Part shown: positions 31,286 through 40,158 of the stretch, piece by piece
How the letters are laid out: each line of letters opens with the position of its first letter
How positions within the stretch are numbered: position 1 is the first letter of the stretch
NCBI RefSeq assembly: GCF_015330165.1
Contig: NZ_JADDXT010000002.1
Location: 1,812,663-1,876,662 of the forward strand
Direction: 5' to 3'
Length of the DNA: 64,000 nucleotides
From: Zobellia roscoffensis
GTDB taxonomy: Bacteria > Bacteroidota > Bacteroidia > Flavobacteriales > Flavobacteriaceae
Notes under the pieces: generated by a model
The model's input: only the letters and a program-made list of their open reading frames with translations
Told to the model about the DNA's origin: nothing
Databases searched by the model: none
Position numbers and translations under genes: made by a program

Positions 31286-32716
31286 ATGTTACTAGTAGCC
31301 CTACAACTGGCGGGAAGCGCTTCGTTGCTTGCCATTGGCTTTGCCATTCTCTTCTTTTTTATAATCATCATATCTTTTATAAGGCGTTACAAACGTTGTC
31401 CTTCAGATCGTATTTTGGTCGTTTACGGAAAGGTTGGTAGCGGAAATTCTGCTCGTTGTATTCACGGTGGAGCTTCCTTTATTTGGCCTGTAATCCAAGA
31501 TTATGAGTATCTAGATTTAACACCTATTTCTATAGAGGTAAACTTGGTTAATGCATTAAGTAAGCAGAACATTCGTGTAAATGTGCCTTCTCGTTTTACT
31601 ATTGGTATTTCTACGGAGCCGGGTATTATGCAAAATGCGGCAGAGCGTTTGTTAGGTCAAGGTTTAGAGCAGATCCAAGAACTTGCTAAAGAAATTATTT
31701 TCGGACAACTTCGTTTGGTTGTGGCATCAATGGATATTGAAGAAATTAATAACGACAGAGATAAGTTTCTAACGAACATTTCCAACAGTGTAGAATCGGA
31801 ATTGAAGAAAGTAGGTCTAAAACTGATCAACGTAAACATTACGGATATTGTTGATGAGTCCGGGTATATAGAAGCTTTAGGTAAAGAAGCGGCAGCACAC
31901 GCTATAAACGCGGCCAGGAAATCTGTTGCTGAGAAAACTAGAGATGGTTCTATTGGTGAGGCAAACGCGGTCCAAGATGAGCGTACGCAAGTTGCAGCGG
32001 CAAATGCCCAAGCGGTAGAAGGGGAAAATGTTGCAAAGATTAATGTAGCCAATTCGGATTCGTTACGTCGTCAAAGAGAGGCGGAAGCAGAAAGAACGGC
32101 AATTGCGGCAGAAAAAGTACAAGCGGCAAAAGCTTTGGAAGAGTCCTATGCAGCAGAGAAAGATGCGGAAATTGCGAGAGCGGAGCGTGTTCGTAGTTCG
32201 CAAATGGCAGATATTGTTGTGCCTGCGGAAATAGACAAGAAGAAAGTTGAAATTGATGCCGAAGCGGAAGCGGAAATGATTCGTAGAAGAGCGAAAGGTG
32301 AAGCGGACGCAATTCTGTTCAAAGCACAGGCGGAAGCACAAGGTCTGTTTGAAATTCTGACCAAGCAAGCACAAGGTCTCGATGAGATTGTAAAAGCTGC
32401 AGGCAATAATCCTCAAGATGCAGTTCTGTTATTGGTTGCCGATAAGTTGCCCGAGTTGGTAAAAACACAAGCCGAAGCTATCAAGAATATTAAAATAGAT
32501 AAGGTTACCGTTTGGGATTCCGGAGCAAAAACAGCAGATGGAAAAGGCTCTACCGCTAATTTCATTTCGGGAATGTACAAGTCGGTTCCGCCGTTACAAG
32601 AAATGTTTAATATGGCCGGAATGCAATTGCCGGAATATCTAAAGGGGAAAGATATTCCTGAAGGTACAGATGATTCAAAGTCTGTGGATTCGGAAAAGAA
32701 AGTTGACAAGGAGTAA
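31286..32716 (+). CDS. Flotillin-like SPFH/band-7 protein (YqiK/FloA type).
   Basis: N-terminal TM, SPFH domain and a long Ala/Glu-rich coiled-coil (EAEAERTAIAAEKVQAAKALEESYAAEKDAEIARAE...). Confidence 0.85.
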   Translation: MLLVALQLAGSASLLAIGFAILFFFIIIISFIRRYKRCPSDRILVVYGKVGSGNSARCIHGGASFIWPVIQDYEYLDLTPISIEVNLVNALSKQNIRVNVPSRFTIGISTEPGIMQNAAERLLGQGLEQIQELAKEIIFGQLRLVVASMDIEEINNDRDKFLTNISNSVESELKKVGLKLINVNITDIVDESGYIEALGKEAAAHAINAARKSVAEKTRDGSIGEANAVQDERTQVAAANAQAVEGENVAKINVANSDSLRRQREAEAERTAIAAEKVQAAKALEESYAAEKDAEIARAERVRSSQMADIVVPAEIDKKKVEIDAEAEAEMIRRRAKGEADAILFKAQAEAQGLFEILTKQAQGLDEIVKAAGNNPQDAVLLLVADKLPELVKTQAEAIKNIKIDKVTVWDSGAKTADGKGSTANFISGMYKSVPPLQEMFNMAGMQLPEYLKGKDIPEGTDDSKSVDSEKKVDKE

Positions 32717-32736
32717 ATTTATTTTTACATATAAAA

Positions 32737-32772
32737 AGAAGCCTGTTGAATATATTTCAACAGGCTTTTTTC
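32737..32772 (+). terminator. Rho-independent terminator after the flotillin gene.
   Basis: AAGCCTGTTGAA-TATAT-TTCAACAGGCTT perfect 12 bp stem followed by T6. Confidence 0.75.
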
Positions 32773-32853
32773 ATTTGCAAAAGTATGATTATTTCGCCTT
32801 ATTTGGAATTTCAAGTTTAGAAAGGTTATTTTTGACCCGAGATTTCAAAGACT

Positions 32854-33948
32854 ATGAGCGAAACAAGACACAACTGGACGAAAGAAGAGATTCTTGATAT
32901 TTACAATACACCTTTAATGGAGTTGCTTTATGATGCGGCTACTATCCATAGAAAACATCATGATCCAAATACGGTTCAGGTGTCTACCTTACTTTCAATA
33001 AAAACAGGCGGTTGCCCTGAAGACTGTGGGTATTGTCCGCAAGCGGCACGGTACCACACAGATATTGAAGGGAATGATCTTATGAAAGTTTCGCACGTAA
33101 AAGCGCAGGCTTTAAGGGCAAAAGCTTCCGGTAGCTCGCGAGTTTGTATGGGTGCAGCATGGCGGAATGTAAAGGATGGTCCTGAGTTTGATCAGGTGTT
33201 GGAAATGGTGCGTACCATTAACAAGCTAGATATGGAGGTTTGTTGTACGTTGGGTATGTTAACCGAAAATCAAGCACACCGTTTAGCTGAAGCCGGTCTT
33301 TATGCTTATAACCACAATTTAGATACATCAGAAGATTATTATAAAGATGTTATTTCTACACGTGCTTTTGAGGATCGTCTAGAAACAATAGATAATGTTC
33401 GTAAGAGCAATGTAACAGTTTGTAGCGGTGGTATCATCGGTATGGGTGAGGCTATTGAAGATCGCGCCGGAATGTTGGTTGCTTTGGCAAGTTTGAATCC
33501 TCAGCCAGAATCTGTACCTATTAATTCATTAGTGGCCGTAGAAGGAACTCCAATGGAAGATATGGAGCCAGTTTCTATTTGGGATATGATTCGTATGGTA
33601 GCAACCACGCGTATTGTTATGCCGGAAACGCAAGTGCGTTTATCTGCTGGTCGTACGGAAATGAGTAGAGAAGGACAAGCCATGTGCTTCTTTGCAGGTG
33701 CTAATTCCATTTTCGCGGGAGACAAATTGTTGACCACTCCTAATCCAGATGTAAACGAGGATATGGAAATGTTCAAAATGTTAGGTCTTAATCCTCAAAA
33801 ACCATTCACTAAAGTTTCACAACCAAAAACGGTAGAAGCTGCTGAATCTAAGTTGCAACCTTTGGGTGAAAAACCAAAATGGACTCGACCTGGACATACT
33901 ATCGAGAGAAACGAAGAGGCAAAGGCGAAAAGCAAAGTGATAGATTAA
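32854..33948 (+). CDS. bioB: Biotin synthase (radical SAM) with a roughly 45 aa C-terminal extension.
   Basis: CPEDCGYCPQ radical-SAM cluster and the YNHNLDTS motif. Confidence 0.95.
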   Translation: MSETRHNWTKEEILDIYNTPLMELLYDAATIHRKHHDPNTVQVSTLLSIKTGGCPEDCGYCPQAARYHTDIEGNDLMKVSHVKAQALRAKASGSSRVCMGAAWRNVKDGPEFDQVLEMVRTINKLDMEVCCTLGMLTENQAHRLAEAGLYAYNHNLDTSEDYYKDVISTRAFEDRLETIDNVRKSNVTVCSGGIIGMGEAIEDRAGMLVALASLNPQPESVPINSLVAVEGTPMEDMEPVSIWDMIRMVATTRIVMPETQVRLSAGRTEMSREGQAMCFFAGANSIFAGDKLLTTPNPDVNEDMEMFKMLGLNPQKPFTKVSQPKTVEAAESKLQPLGEKPKWTRPGHTIERNEEAKAKSKVID

Positions 33949-34015
33949 TTTAATTTTAAGAAAATATTTACTTAAGGTTAATTAAATTTACCGCTTAAAT
34001 AGAATCATAGTTCCA

Positions 34016-34876
34016 TTGAAGCTAACAGCCATTCCAAGGGTATCTACAATCTCCAAGGAAGATTTTTTAGAACACTATTTTAAACCGCAGAAACCTGTGG
34101 TGATAGAACGTGCTATAGAAAATTGGCCTGCTTTTAAAAAGTGGAATCTTGATTATATTCGTGAAGTTGCAGGAGATAAAATTGTACCATTGTATGATGA
34201 CCGTCCGGTTAACCATGAAGATGGTTTTAACGAGCCACATGCAAAAATGAAAATGTCCGAGTACGTAGATTTGTTAAAGGCAAAGCCTACTAAGTACCGT
34301 ATTTTTCTTTGGAACGTTTTAAAGGAAGTGCCGCAGCTTCAAAAAGATTATGAGTTTCCTGATTTTGGACTCACGTTAAAAAAGAAGCTGCCCATGCTCT
34401 TTTTTGGGGGTAGGGATTCATTTACTTTCATGCACTATGATATTGATATGTCCAATATTTTCCATTTTCATTTCGAAGGTAAAAAGGAGTGTATTCTATT
34501 CGCGCCATCTGAAACTAAGTACTTGTACAAAGTCCCTAATTCACTTATTACGCACGAAAGTATAGATTTTGAAAATCCTGATTTTGAAAAATGGCCTGCG
34601 CTACAGCAAGCCAGCGGTTTCAAAACCGATCTGAACCATGGAGAAGTGCTGTTCATGCCAGAAGGTTATTGGCATTATATGAAGTATAAAACCCCAGGAT
34701 TTTCTATGAGCCTTAGGTCTTGGCCAAAGAACCCGATAAATTTTGCAGAGGGGCTTTATAATGTTTTCATAATGCGTAATTTTGATATTTTAATGAGAAA
34801 AATTCGAGGCCAGAAATGGATAGATCAAAAGAATCGAAGGGCAATAGAGCGAACATCTAAAATAGCCTCCAAATAA
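34016..34876 (+). CDS. JmjC/cupin-like domain protein (putative 2-oxoglutarate/Fe(II) oxygenase).
   Basis: FMHYDID...H motif region and beta-helix cupin topology. 286 aa. Confidence 0.6.
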   Translation: MKLTAIPRVSTISKEDFLEHYFKPQKPVVIERAIENWPAFKKWNLDYIREVAGDKIVPLYDDRPVNHEDGFNEPHAKMKMSEYVDLLKAKPTKYRIFLWNVLKEVPQLQKDYEFPDFGLTLKKKLPMLFFGGRDSFTFMHYDIDMSNIFHFHFEGKKECILFAPSETKYLYKVPNSLITHESIDFENPDFEKWPALQQASGFKTDLNHGEVLFMPEGYWHYMKYKTPGFSMSLRSWPKNPINFAEGLYNVFIMRNFDILMRKIRGQKWIDQKNRRAIERTSKIASK

Positions 34877-34912
34877 TTTTTTGATTATCCGTTTCCATAA
34901 AAAACACTATAA

Positions 34913-35410
34913 ATGAAATTTTACGTTTTATCCCTTTGCTTACTTCTTACAACTACTTTTTTATCGGCACAGGCCTATGAAGGTAGAGATGATCAAAAGT
35001 TTCAAGTAGGGGCAAATTTACAGAGTAACGGCACGGGAATCATGACTTCATATGATTTTGGTTTGGGTGAAAATATATCTATTGGAGCTACGGCAACGTA
35101 TCTTTTAGGTATTGATGAGGGTATATCTGCAAGTACTTGGGAGCGTTTTGATACAAAGGCACGCTTTAGTGCACATTTGGGAAATATTATCGGTCTTAGT
35201 GATGAGGTTGATATTTACCCTGGATTAGATTTAGGTTTGAAAAACTTCGGTTTTCATATGGGAGCGCGTTATTTTTTTTCTGATGGGTTGGGTATTTACA
35301 CCGAACTTGGTTTTCCCATTGCTAAATATAAAATTGAAGATTTAGAGCCAGCTGAAAAACTACACAACCAATTTACCGTGAATATTGGTGCGGTTTTTAA
35401 TTTTTTATAG
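34913..35410 (+). CDS. Small outer-membrane beta-barrel protein.
   Basis: Signal peptide (...FLSAQA), amphipathic beta-strands and a C-terminal ...VFNFL. Confidence 0.45.
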   Translation: MKFYVLSLCLLLTTTFLSAQAYEGRDDQKFQVGANLQSNGTGIMTSYDFGLGENISIGATATYLLGIDEGISASTWERFDTKARFSAHLGNIIGLSDEVDIYPGLDLGLKNFGFHMGARYFFSDGLGIYTELGFPIAKYKIEDLEPAEKLHNQFTVNIGAVFNFL

Positions 35411-35432
35411 GTCTATTTTTTTTCTAAGTGGG

Positions 35433-35906
35433 TTACGGCACAAGTTCTTTGAGCTTTTCATAGACCAAATGGCTCTCCCAACCTCTATATAAAAGGTAAT
35501 CGGCCAACTTTTTCTTTCGCCTTAAAGGATTTCGTTCCGTAATTTGGGAAAGTCTTTTCTCGGCAAGGATGTCTAACGTCCGTAGATAGTCTTCAGCGTC
35601 TATTTCTTTGAGGGCTGTGGTGATATTGTATTTTGAGATATTGCGTTGCTTCAGTTCGTTTACAATACGTTTTTTACCCCATTTCTTTATAGAGAATTTA
35701 CCTCTGGCAAAACTCTGGGCAAATCGCTCTTCGTTTAAAAAGTTCTCGTGGATTAAATGAACCACAATCTGGTCTATGGCTTCAGGAATCATTCGCATTT
35801 CACGAAGCTTTGTAACCACTTCTTTATGACAACGATCTTGATAGGCGCAATACCCTTCTAATTTTCTCTTTGCTTCTTCAATGGAATAAGCGCGTTGTTC
35901 GTGCAT
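35433..35906 (-). CDS. recX: RecA regulator RecX.
   Basis: ORF 35433..35951. The likely start is the internal ATG at 35906 (MHEQRAYSIEEAKRKL...). Three-repeat helical RecX architecture. Confidence 0.8.
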   Translation of the reverse strand: MHEQRAYSIEEAKRKLEGYCAYQDRCHKEVVTKLREMRMIPEAIDQIVVHLIHENFLNEERFAQSFARGKFSIKKWGKKRIVNELKQRNISKYNITTALKEIDAEDYLRTLDILAEKRLSQITERNPLRRKKKLADYLLYRGWESHLVYEKLKELVP

Positions 35907-36037
35907 AAATATATTCTGGTTTTGCCAATGGCTCGTGAAGCAAAAATACAATTTGAGGTGGTAAGAAGACGAACTTAAAATTTAAATGTAAAGCATAAAA
36001 AAAGCGACCATCGTTGCCGAAGGTCGCTTTAAAACTT

Positions 36038-37642
36038 TTAATATATGGTTTTACCGTCTTTGTCTTTAAAACGGTATTCAAGATACGTATACGCGTCTCT
36101 AGGTTGTATTTTAATCCATTTTTTGTGTTCTAAGAACCACTTAGAACGCATGGAAGGAAAGCCTTTAGTAATGTAGGCCGCGATAAACGGATGAATGTTA
36201 AGTGTAATTCCGTTATCTTTCTTAGGACCTTTTAAGAGCTTTTCAAGGTCGGCGTTAATTTTGTCTATCAAAACAATTGGGGCTTCAATTTCTTTCCCAT
36301 TACCATTCGGATTTACCTCGGTAGTTTTGATATTCATTTCGGGCCGTACCCGTTGCCTTGTAATCTGTATAAGTCCAAATTTACTTGGAGGTAATATTTT
36401 GTGTTTTGCACGATCATCTTTCATCTCATCCCTAAGATGATCAAAAAGCTTTTTACGGTGCGGCGCTTTTACCATGTCAATAAAATCAACAACAATAATA
36501 CCGCCCATATCACGCAAACGCAATTGTCGGGCTATTTCTGAAGCTGCCAGTAAATTCACCTCTAAAGCGGTGTCTTCTTGATTTTTGGCCTTGTTAGAAC
36601 GGTTACCACTGTTTACATCTACAACGTGTAGTGCTTCCGTATGTTCTATAATAAGATAAGCGCCTTTACTCATACTGGCGGTTCGGCCAAAAGAAGTTTT
36701 TATTTGTCGCTCAATTCCAAATTTTTCAAAAATAGGAACAGAAGAATTATACAGTTTAACTATGGATTCCTTTCCAGGTGCAATTTCTAGCAAGTAATCT
36801 TTGATTTGCTCATAAAGGGTTTCATCATCAACATTGATTCCTGTGAAAGAATCATTGAAAATATCCCTAAGGATGGAAGATGCCCTGTTGAGTTCAACCA
36901 ACACTTTTGAAGGTGTGTGAGCCTTGTACAATTTTTTACACATTGTTGACCATTTAGCCAACAAATTTTCTAGGTCTTTGTCTAGTTCCGCTACTTTTTT
37001 GCCTTCGGCAACTGTTCTTATAATGACGCCGAATCCTTTAGGTTTAATACTTCTTACGAGTATTTTTAACCTTTCTTTTTCTTCGCTACTTCCTATTTTT
37101 TGAGATACGGAAACACGATCAGAAAAAGGTACCATTACCAAATAACGCCCAGCTATAGAAAGCTCGGAGCTAATTCTTGGTCCTTTGGTTGAGATAGGTT
37201 CTTTAACGATTTGAACCAATAACGACTGATTTGCTTTGATGACGTCTGTGATTACGCCATTCTTGTCAATATCTTTTTCGAATGGAAAGTTGGCAAGTGA
37301 GTAATCTGTAATCTTATTGGTACTCACGCCCTTTATGAATTTAAGCATAGTGGCCAATTGTGGGCCAAGGTCATGATAGTGCAGAAACGCATCTTTTTCA
37401 TAACCAACATTTACAAAAGCTGCGTTTAGACCGGTGACCGGTTTACGAACCTTTGCTAAGAAAATATCACCAACGGAAAAATCGTTGTTGTCTTCTTCTT
37501 TATGCAATTCAGTGAGCTTTCCATCTTTTAGGAGTGCAAAATCGACGGCATCAGAACTAGATCTTACGATTAATTCTCTATTCACCTGAATGTATTTGTA
37601 TTTGCCAACACTTAATATTAAGTAGGCAAACAGATTAAACAA
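36038..37642 (-). CDS. rng: Ribonuclease G/E family endoribonuclease.
   Basis: S1 domain (NRELIVRSSSDAVDFALLKDGKLTELH) and DNase-I-like catalytic region (VVDVNSG). The start may be the GTG at 37585. Confidence 0.85.
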   Translation of the reverse strand: MFNLFAYLILSVGKYKYIQVNRELIVRSSSDAVDFALLKDGKLTELHKEEDNNDFSVGDIFLAKVRKPVTGLNAAFVNVGYEKDAFLHYHDLGPQLATMLKFIKGVSTNKITDYSLANFPFEKDIDKNGVITDVIKANQSLLVQIVKEPISTKGPRISSELSIAGRYLVMVPFSDRVSVSQKIGSSEEKERLKILVRSIKPKGFGVIIRTVAEGKKVAELDKDLENLLAKWSTMCKKLYKAHTPSKVLVELNRASSILRDIFNDSFTGINVDDETLYEQIKDYLLEIAPGKESIVKLYNSSVPIFEKFGIERQIKTSFGRTASMSKGAYLIIEHTEALHVVDVNSGNRSNKAKNQEDTALEVNLLAASEIARQLRLRDMGGIIVVDFIDMVKAPHRKKLFDHLRDEMKDDRAKHKILPPSKFGLIQITRQRVRPEMNIKTTEVNPNGNGKEIEAPIVLIDKINADLEKLLKGPKKDNGITLNIHPFIAAYITKGFPSMRSKWFLEHKKWIKIQPRDAYTYLEYRFKDKDGKTIY

Positions 37643-37725
37643 TAATTGAAGCGAATTACCTGAATTCGCCGAGATTTTCTGTAATCTCTATGTCAATGAA
37701 CATATGGGGTGAAAAAACAAGCAAA

Positions 37726-37747
37726 GGGGTTGAAAAATTTCAACCCC
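37726..37747 (-). terminator. Hairpin terminator downstream of the small basic ORF on the minus strand.
   Basis: GGGGTTGAAAAATTTCAACCCC perfect 8 bp stem, followed on the minus strand by a T-rich run (TTTGCTTGTTTTTTC). Confidence 0.5.
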
Positions 37748-37753
37748 TAGCAA

Positions 37754-37843
37754 TTATTTTTTCTTGTGTCGGTTAGCTCTCCTGCGCTTCTTGCGCTTAT
37801 GGGTAGCTACCTTATGTCTCTTTCTTTTCTTACCACTCGGCAT
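37754..37843 (-). CDS. Unannotated 29-aa ultra-basic peptide, resembling ribosomal protein bS22.
   Basis: Hand translation of the minus strand gives ATG...TAA = MPSGKKRKRHKVATHKRKKRRRANRHKKK. It is not in the ORF track because it is too short. It lies between HU and its terminator. Confidence 0.5.
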   Translation of the reverse strand: MPSGKKRKRHKVATHKRKKRRRANRHKKK

Positions 37844-37868
37844 AAAATTCTACTTTAAGTTAGTATAT

Positions 37869-38159
37869 TTATTTTACTTGTACGTTGCTTTTGACACCTT
37901 CTACAAAAACCTTGGCAGGCTTAAATGCAGGAATATTGTGTGCCGGTATTTTAATTGTAGTGTTCTTACTAATGTTCCTTCCGGTTTTTTCGGCTCTTGT
38001 TTTAATGATAAAACTACCAAAACCGCGAAGATAAACATTGTCACCACTTTCCAAAGAAGATTTCACCTCTTCCATAAAACTTTCAACTGTGGCCTGCACA
38101 TCACCTTTTTCAATTCCCAGCTTGTCTGAGATCTTCGATACAATTTCTGCTTTCGTCAT
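37869..38159 (-). CDS. hup: Histone-like DNA-binding protein HU.
   Basis: MTKAEIVSKI...RGFGSFIIKTRAEKTGRN... HU/IHF fold with the arm motif. 96 aa. Confidence 0.9.
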   Translation of the reverse strand: MTKAEIVSKISDKLGIEKGDVQATVESFMEEVKSSLESGDNVYLRGFGSFIIKTRAEKTGRNISKNTTIKIPAHNIPAFKPAKVFVEGVKSNVQVK

Positions 38160-38337
38160 CTTTCGTGTTAAATTTTCAGTATAATTTTTTTGGGATGCAA
38201 ATATATAAATTAAAATTAATCTTTCGTGCTAAAGGGTTAATTTTAAGTCGTTCACCTTCACTTTTCAATTTATGCCTATTCTTGGGTATGCATATCATTT
38301 AATAAACAATTAATTTCGTGCCATAGCAGTTACAAAA

Positions 38338-39378
38338 ATGACATTTTCAGAGCGAATTCTTGTTTGGTATAAAGTAAATAAAAGAACCTTGCCGTGGAGG
38401 AGCACAAGGGACCCATATAAGATATGGCTTTCTGAGATTATGTTGCAGCAAACACGGGTGGTTCAAGGTACTCCGTACTACTTAAAGTTCATTCATAATT
38501 ACCCTAAAGTACATGATCTTGCAAGCGCTTCCGAGGAGGAAGTTTTAAAGCTTTGGCAGGGTTTGGGCTATTATTCAAGAGCACGAAACTTACATGCTAC
38601 GGCTAAGATGGTAGTTGGTGAATATGGGGGTAAATTTCCTGATACCTATAAAGAATTACTGTTGCTCAAAGGAGTGGGGGACTATACGGCAAGTGCAATT
38701 TCATCTATTTGTTTTGATAGGCCTGAAGCAGTGGTAGATGGTAATGTTTATAGGGTTTTGTCACGTTATTTTGGAGTTGATTTACCCATTAATAGTACCG
38801 AAGGTGTTAAATATTTCAAAAAGTTAGCCAAGGAGGTCATGAATGTGCAAAACATTCGTGATTATAACCAAGGAATTATGGAATTTGGTGCCATTCAGTG
38901 TTCGCCAAAAAGTCCAGATTGCAACATATGCCCTTTGAATGAAAGTTGTGTAGCGCTACAAACTAATAAGGTGGCAGAGCTCCCGGTAAAGTTGAAAAAG
39001 ACTAAAGTCCGCAATAGATACTTCAATTATGTGGTTTTTATATCGGAACGAGGGGAAACAATACTCGAACAACGAAAAGGTAAAGGAATATGGCAAAATC
39101 TTTGGCAATTTCCACTTGTGGAGTCAGATAGTGAACTTTCAAAACCTGCTTTGGAGCGGGAATTAAGTACTTTATATTGTAATACTGAAGTGGTTTCTGT
39201 GGATAAGTTTAATACAGATGCTATTGTTCATAAGCTATCGCATCAACATTTATATACTACATTTTGGATCGTGCATACAAAAGGTGGTCTCAAAGAGAGT
39301 ATTTCGTTTGAAGACGTTGAGAACTACCCTGTACCCGTTCTTATTGCTGAGTTTTTAGATCGGTTTGGAAAGAAGTAG
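38338..39378 (+). CDS. mutY: A/G-specific adenine DNA glycosylase.
   Basis: HhH-GPD (LLKGVGDYTASAI), FeS cluster loop (C-X6-C-X2-C-X5-C: CSPKSPDCNICPLNESC) and a C-terminal NUDIX-like domain. Confidence 0.9.
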   Translation: MTFSERILVWYKVNKRTLPWRSTRDPYKIWLSEIMLQQTRVVQGTPYYLKFIHNYPKVHDLASASEEEVLKLWQGLGYYSRARNLHATAKMVVGEYGGKFPDTYKELLLLKGVGDYTASAISSICFDRPEAVVDGNVYRVLSRYFGVDLPINSTEGVKYFKKLAKEVMNVQNIRDYNQGIMEFGAIQCSPKSPDCNICPLNESCVALQTNKVAELPVKLKKTKVRNRYFNYVVFISERGETILEQRKGKGIWQNLWQFPLVESDSELSKPALERELSTLYCNTEVVSVDKFNTDAIVHKLSHQHLYTTFWIVHTKGGLKESISFEDVENYPVPVLIAEFLDRFGKK

Positions 39379-39517
39379 TTTTTGGTAGCATGCCTTACCT
39401 TTTCCATTTTCTGTTGACCTTTGCATAAATTATAAAAATCGTAACAGAATCACTTGGTACTGAAGGCTAAAAAACAAGTATATTTGTAGATTCAAATTGC
39501 AAAAAAAAAAGGAGACT

Positions 39518-39982
39518 ATGAGTGGTACGTTGAATAAAGTAATGTTAATTGGCCATTTAGGTGATGAGGTGAAGATGCATTATTTTGAAGGAGGAGGATG
39601 TATTGGTCGGTTTCCTATTGCTACTAATGAAAGCTATACCAACAAGCAAACCGGAGAGCGCGTTACAAATACAGATTGGCATAATGTTGTAGTGCGAAAT
39701 AAAGCTGCTGAAATATGTGAAAAGTATTTGAGTAAAGGCGATAAGGTGTATGTGGAAGGCCGTTTGAAAAACCGTCAATGGCAAGGTGAAGATGGTAATA
39801 CACGTTACAGTACGGAAATTCATGTTCAAGAGTTTACATTTCTCTCTACGAAGAAAGAAAGTATGTCAAATCAACAATCTGGAGGACAACAACCACAGCA
39901 AAATACCGTTTCAAATACAGCCAGTAGCGCTAAGGCAGCTCCAGAAGTTAGATCAGAGGAAGATGATGACCTTCCTTTTTAA
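39518..39982 (+). CDS. ssb: Single-stranded DNA-binding protein.
   Basis: ORF 39497..39982. The start is more likely the ATG at 39518 (MSGTLNKVMLIGHLG). OB fold, Gln/Gly-rich tail and an acidic C-terminus DDDLPF. Confidence 0.9.
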   Translation: MSGTLNKVMLIGHLGDEVKMHYFEGGGCIGRFPIATNESYTNKQTGERVTNTDWHNVVVRNKAAEICEKYLSKGDKVYVEGRLKNRQWQGEDGNTRYSTEIHVQEFTFLSTKKESMSNQQSGGQQPQQNTVSNTASSAKAAPEVRSEEDDDLPF

Positions 39983-40158
39983 GAAAAATTATGTATTTTT
40001 AGTAAACCCCTAGAGATACAATTAAATGCTATGAAGCAAGTATATTTAGACAATTGTAGTTTTATAGAATCTTTGGACTCTGCCAGTTTGCATATTGGGC
40101 AGAAGTTAGGGGTTAAGTTGTATTCACAAACCACTGTTTATTTCTAAATTTTTGGCCG

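Noticed and set aside
31657-32709. Cluster of five antisense ORFs (86-131 aa) inside the flotillin gene.
   Set aside because: They lie in the Ala/Glu-rich, GC-skewed, repetitive coiled-coil region (gcggaagc repeats) where stop codons are depleted on all frames. The sense-strand flotillin has clear SPFH homology. The antisense ORFs are low-complexity artefacts.
37764-38129. 121 aa plus-strand ORF overlapping HU.
   Set aside because: It is antisense to a strongly supported HU gene. The protein is Leu/Phe/Cys-rich junk without motifs. The real small gene in this region is the minus-strand 29-aa basic ORF.
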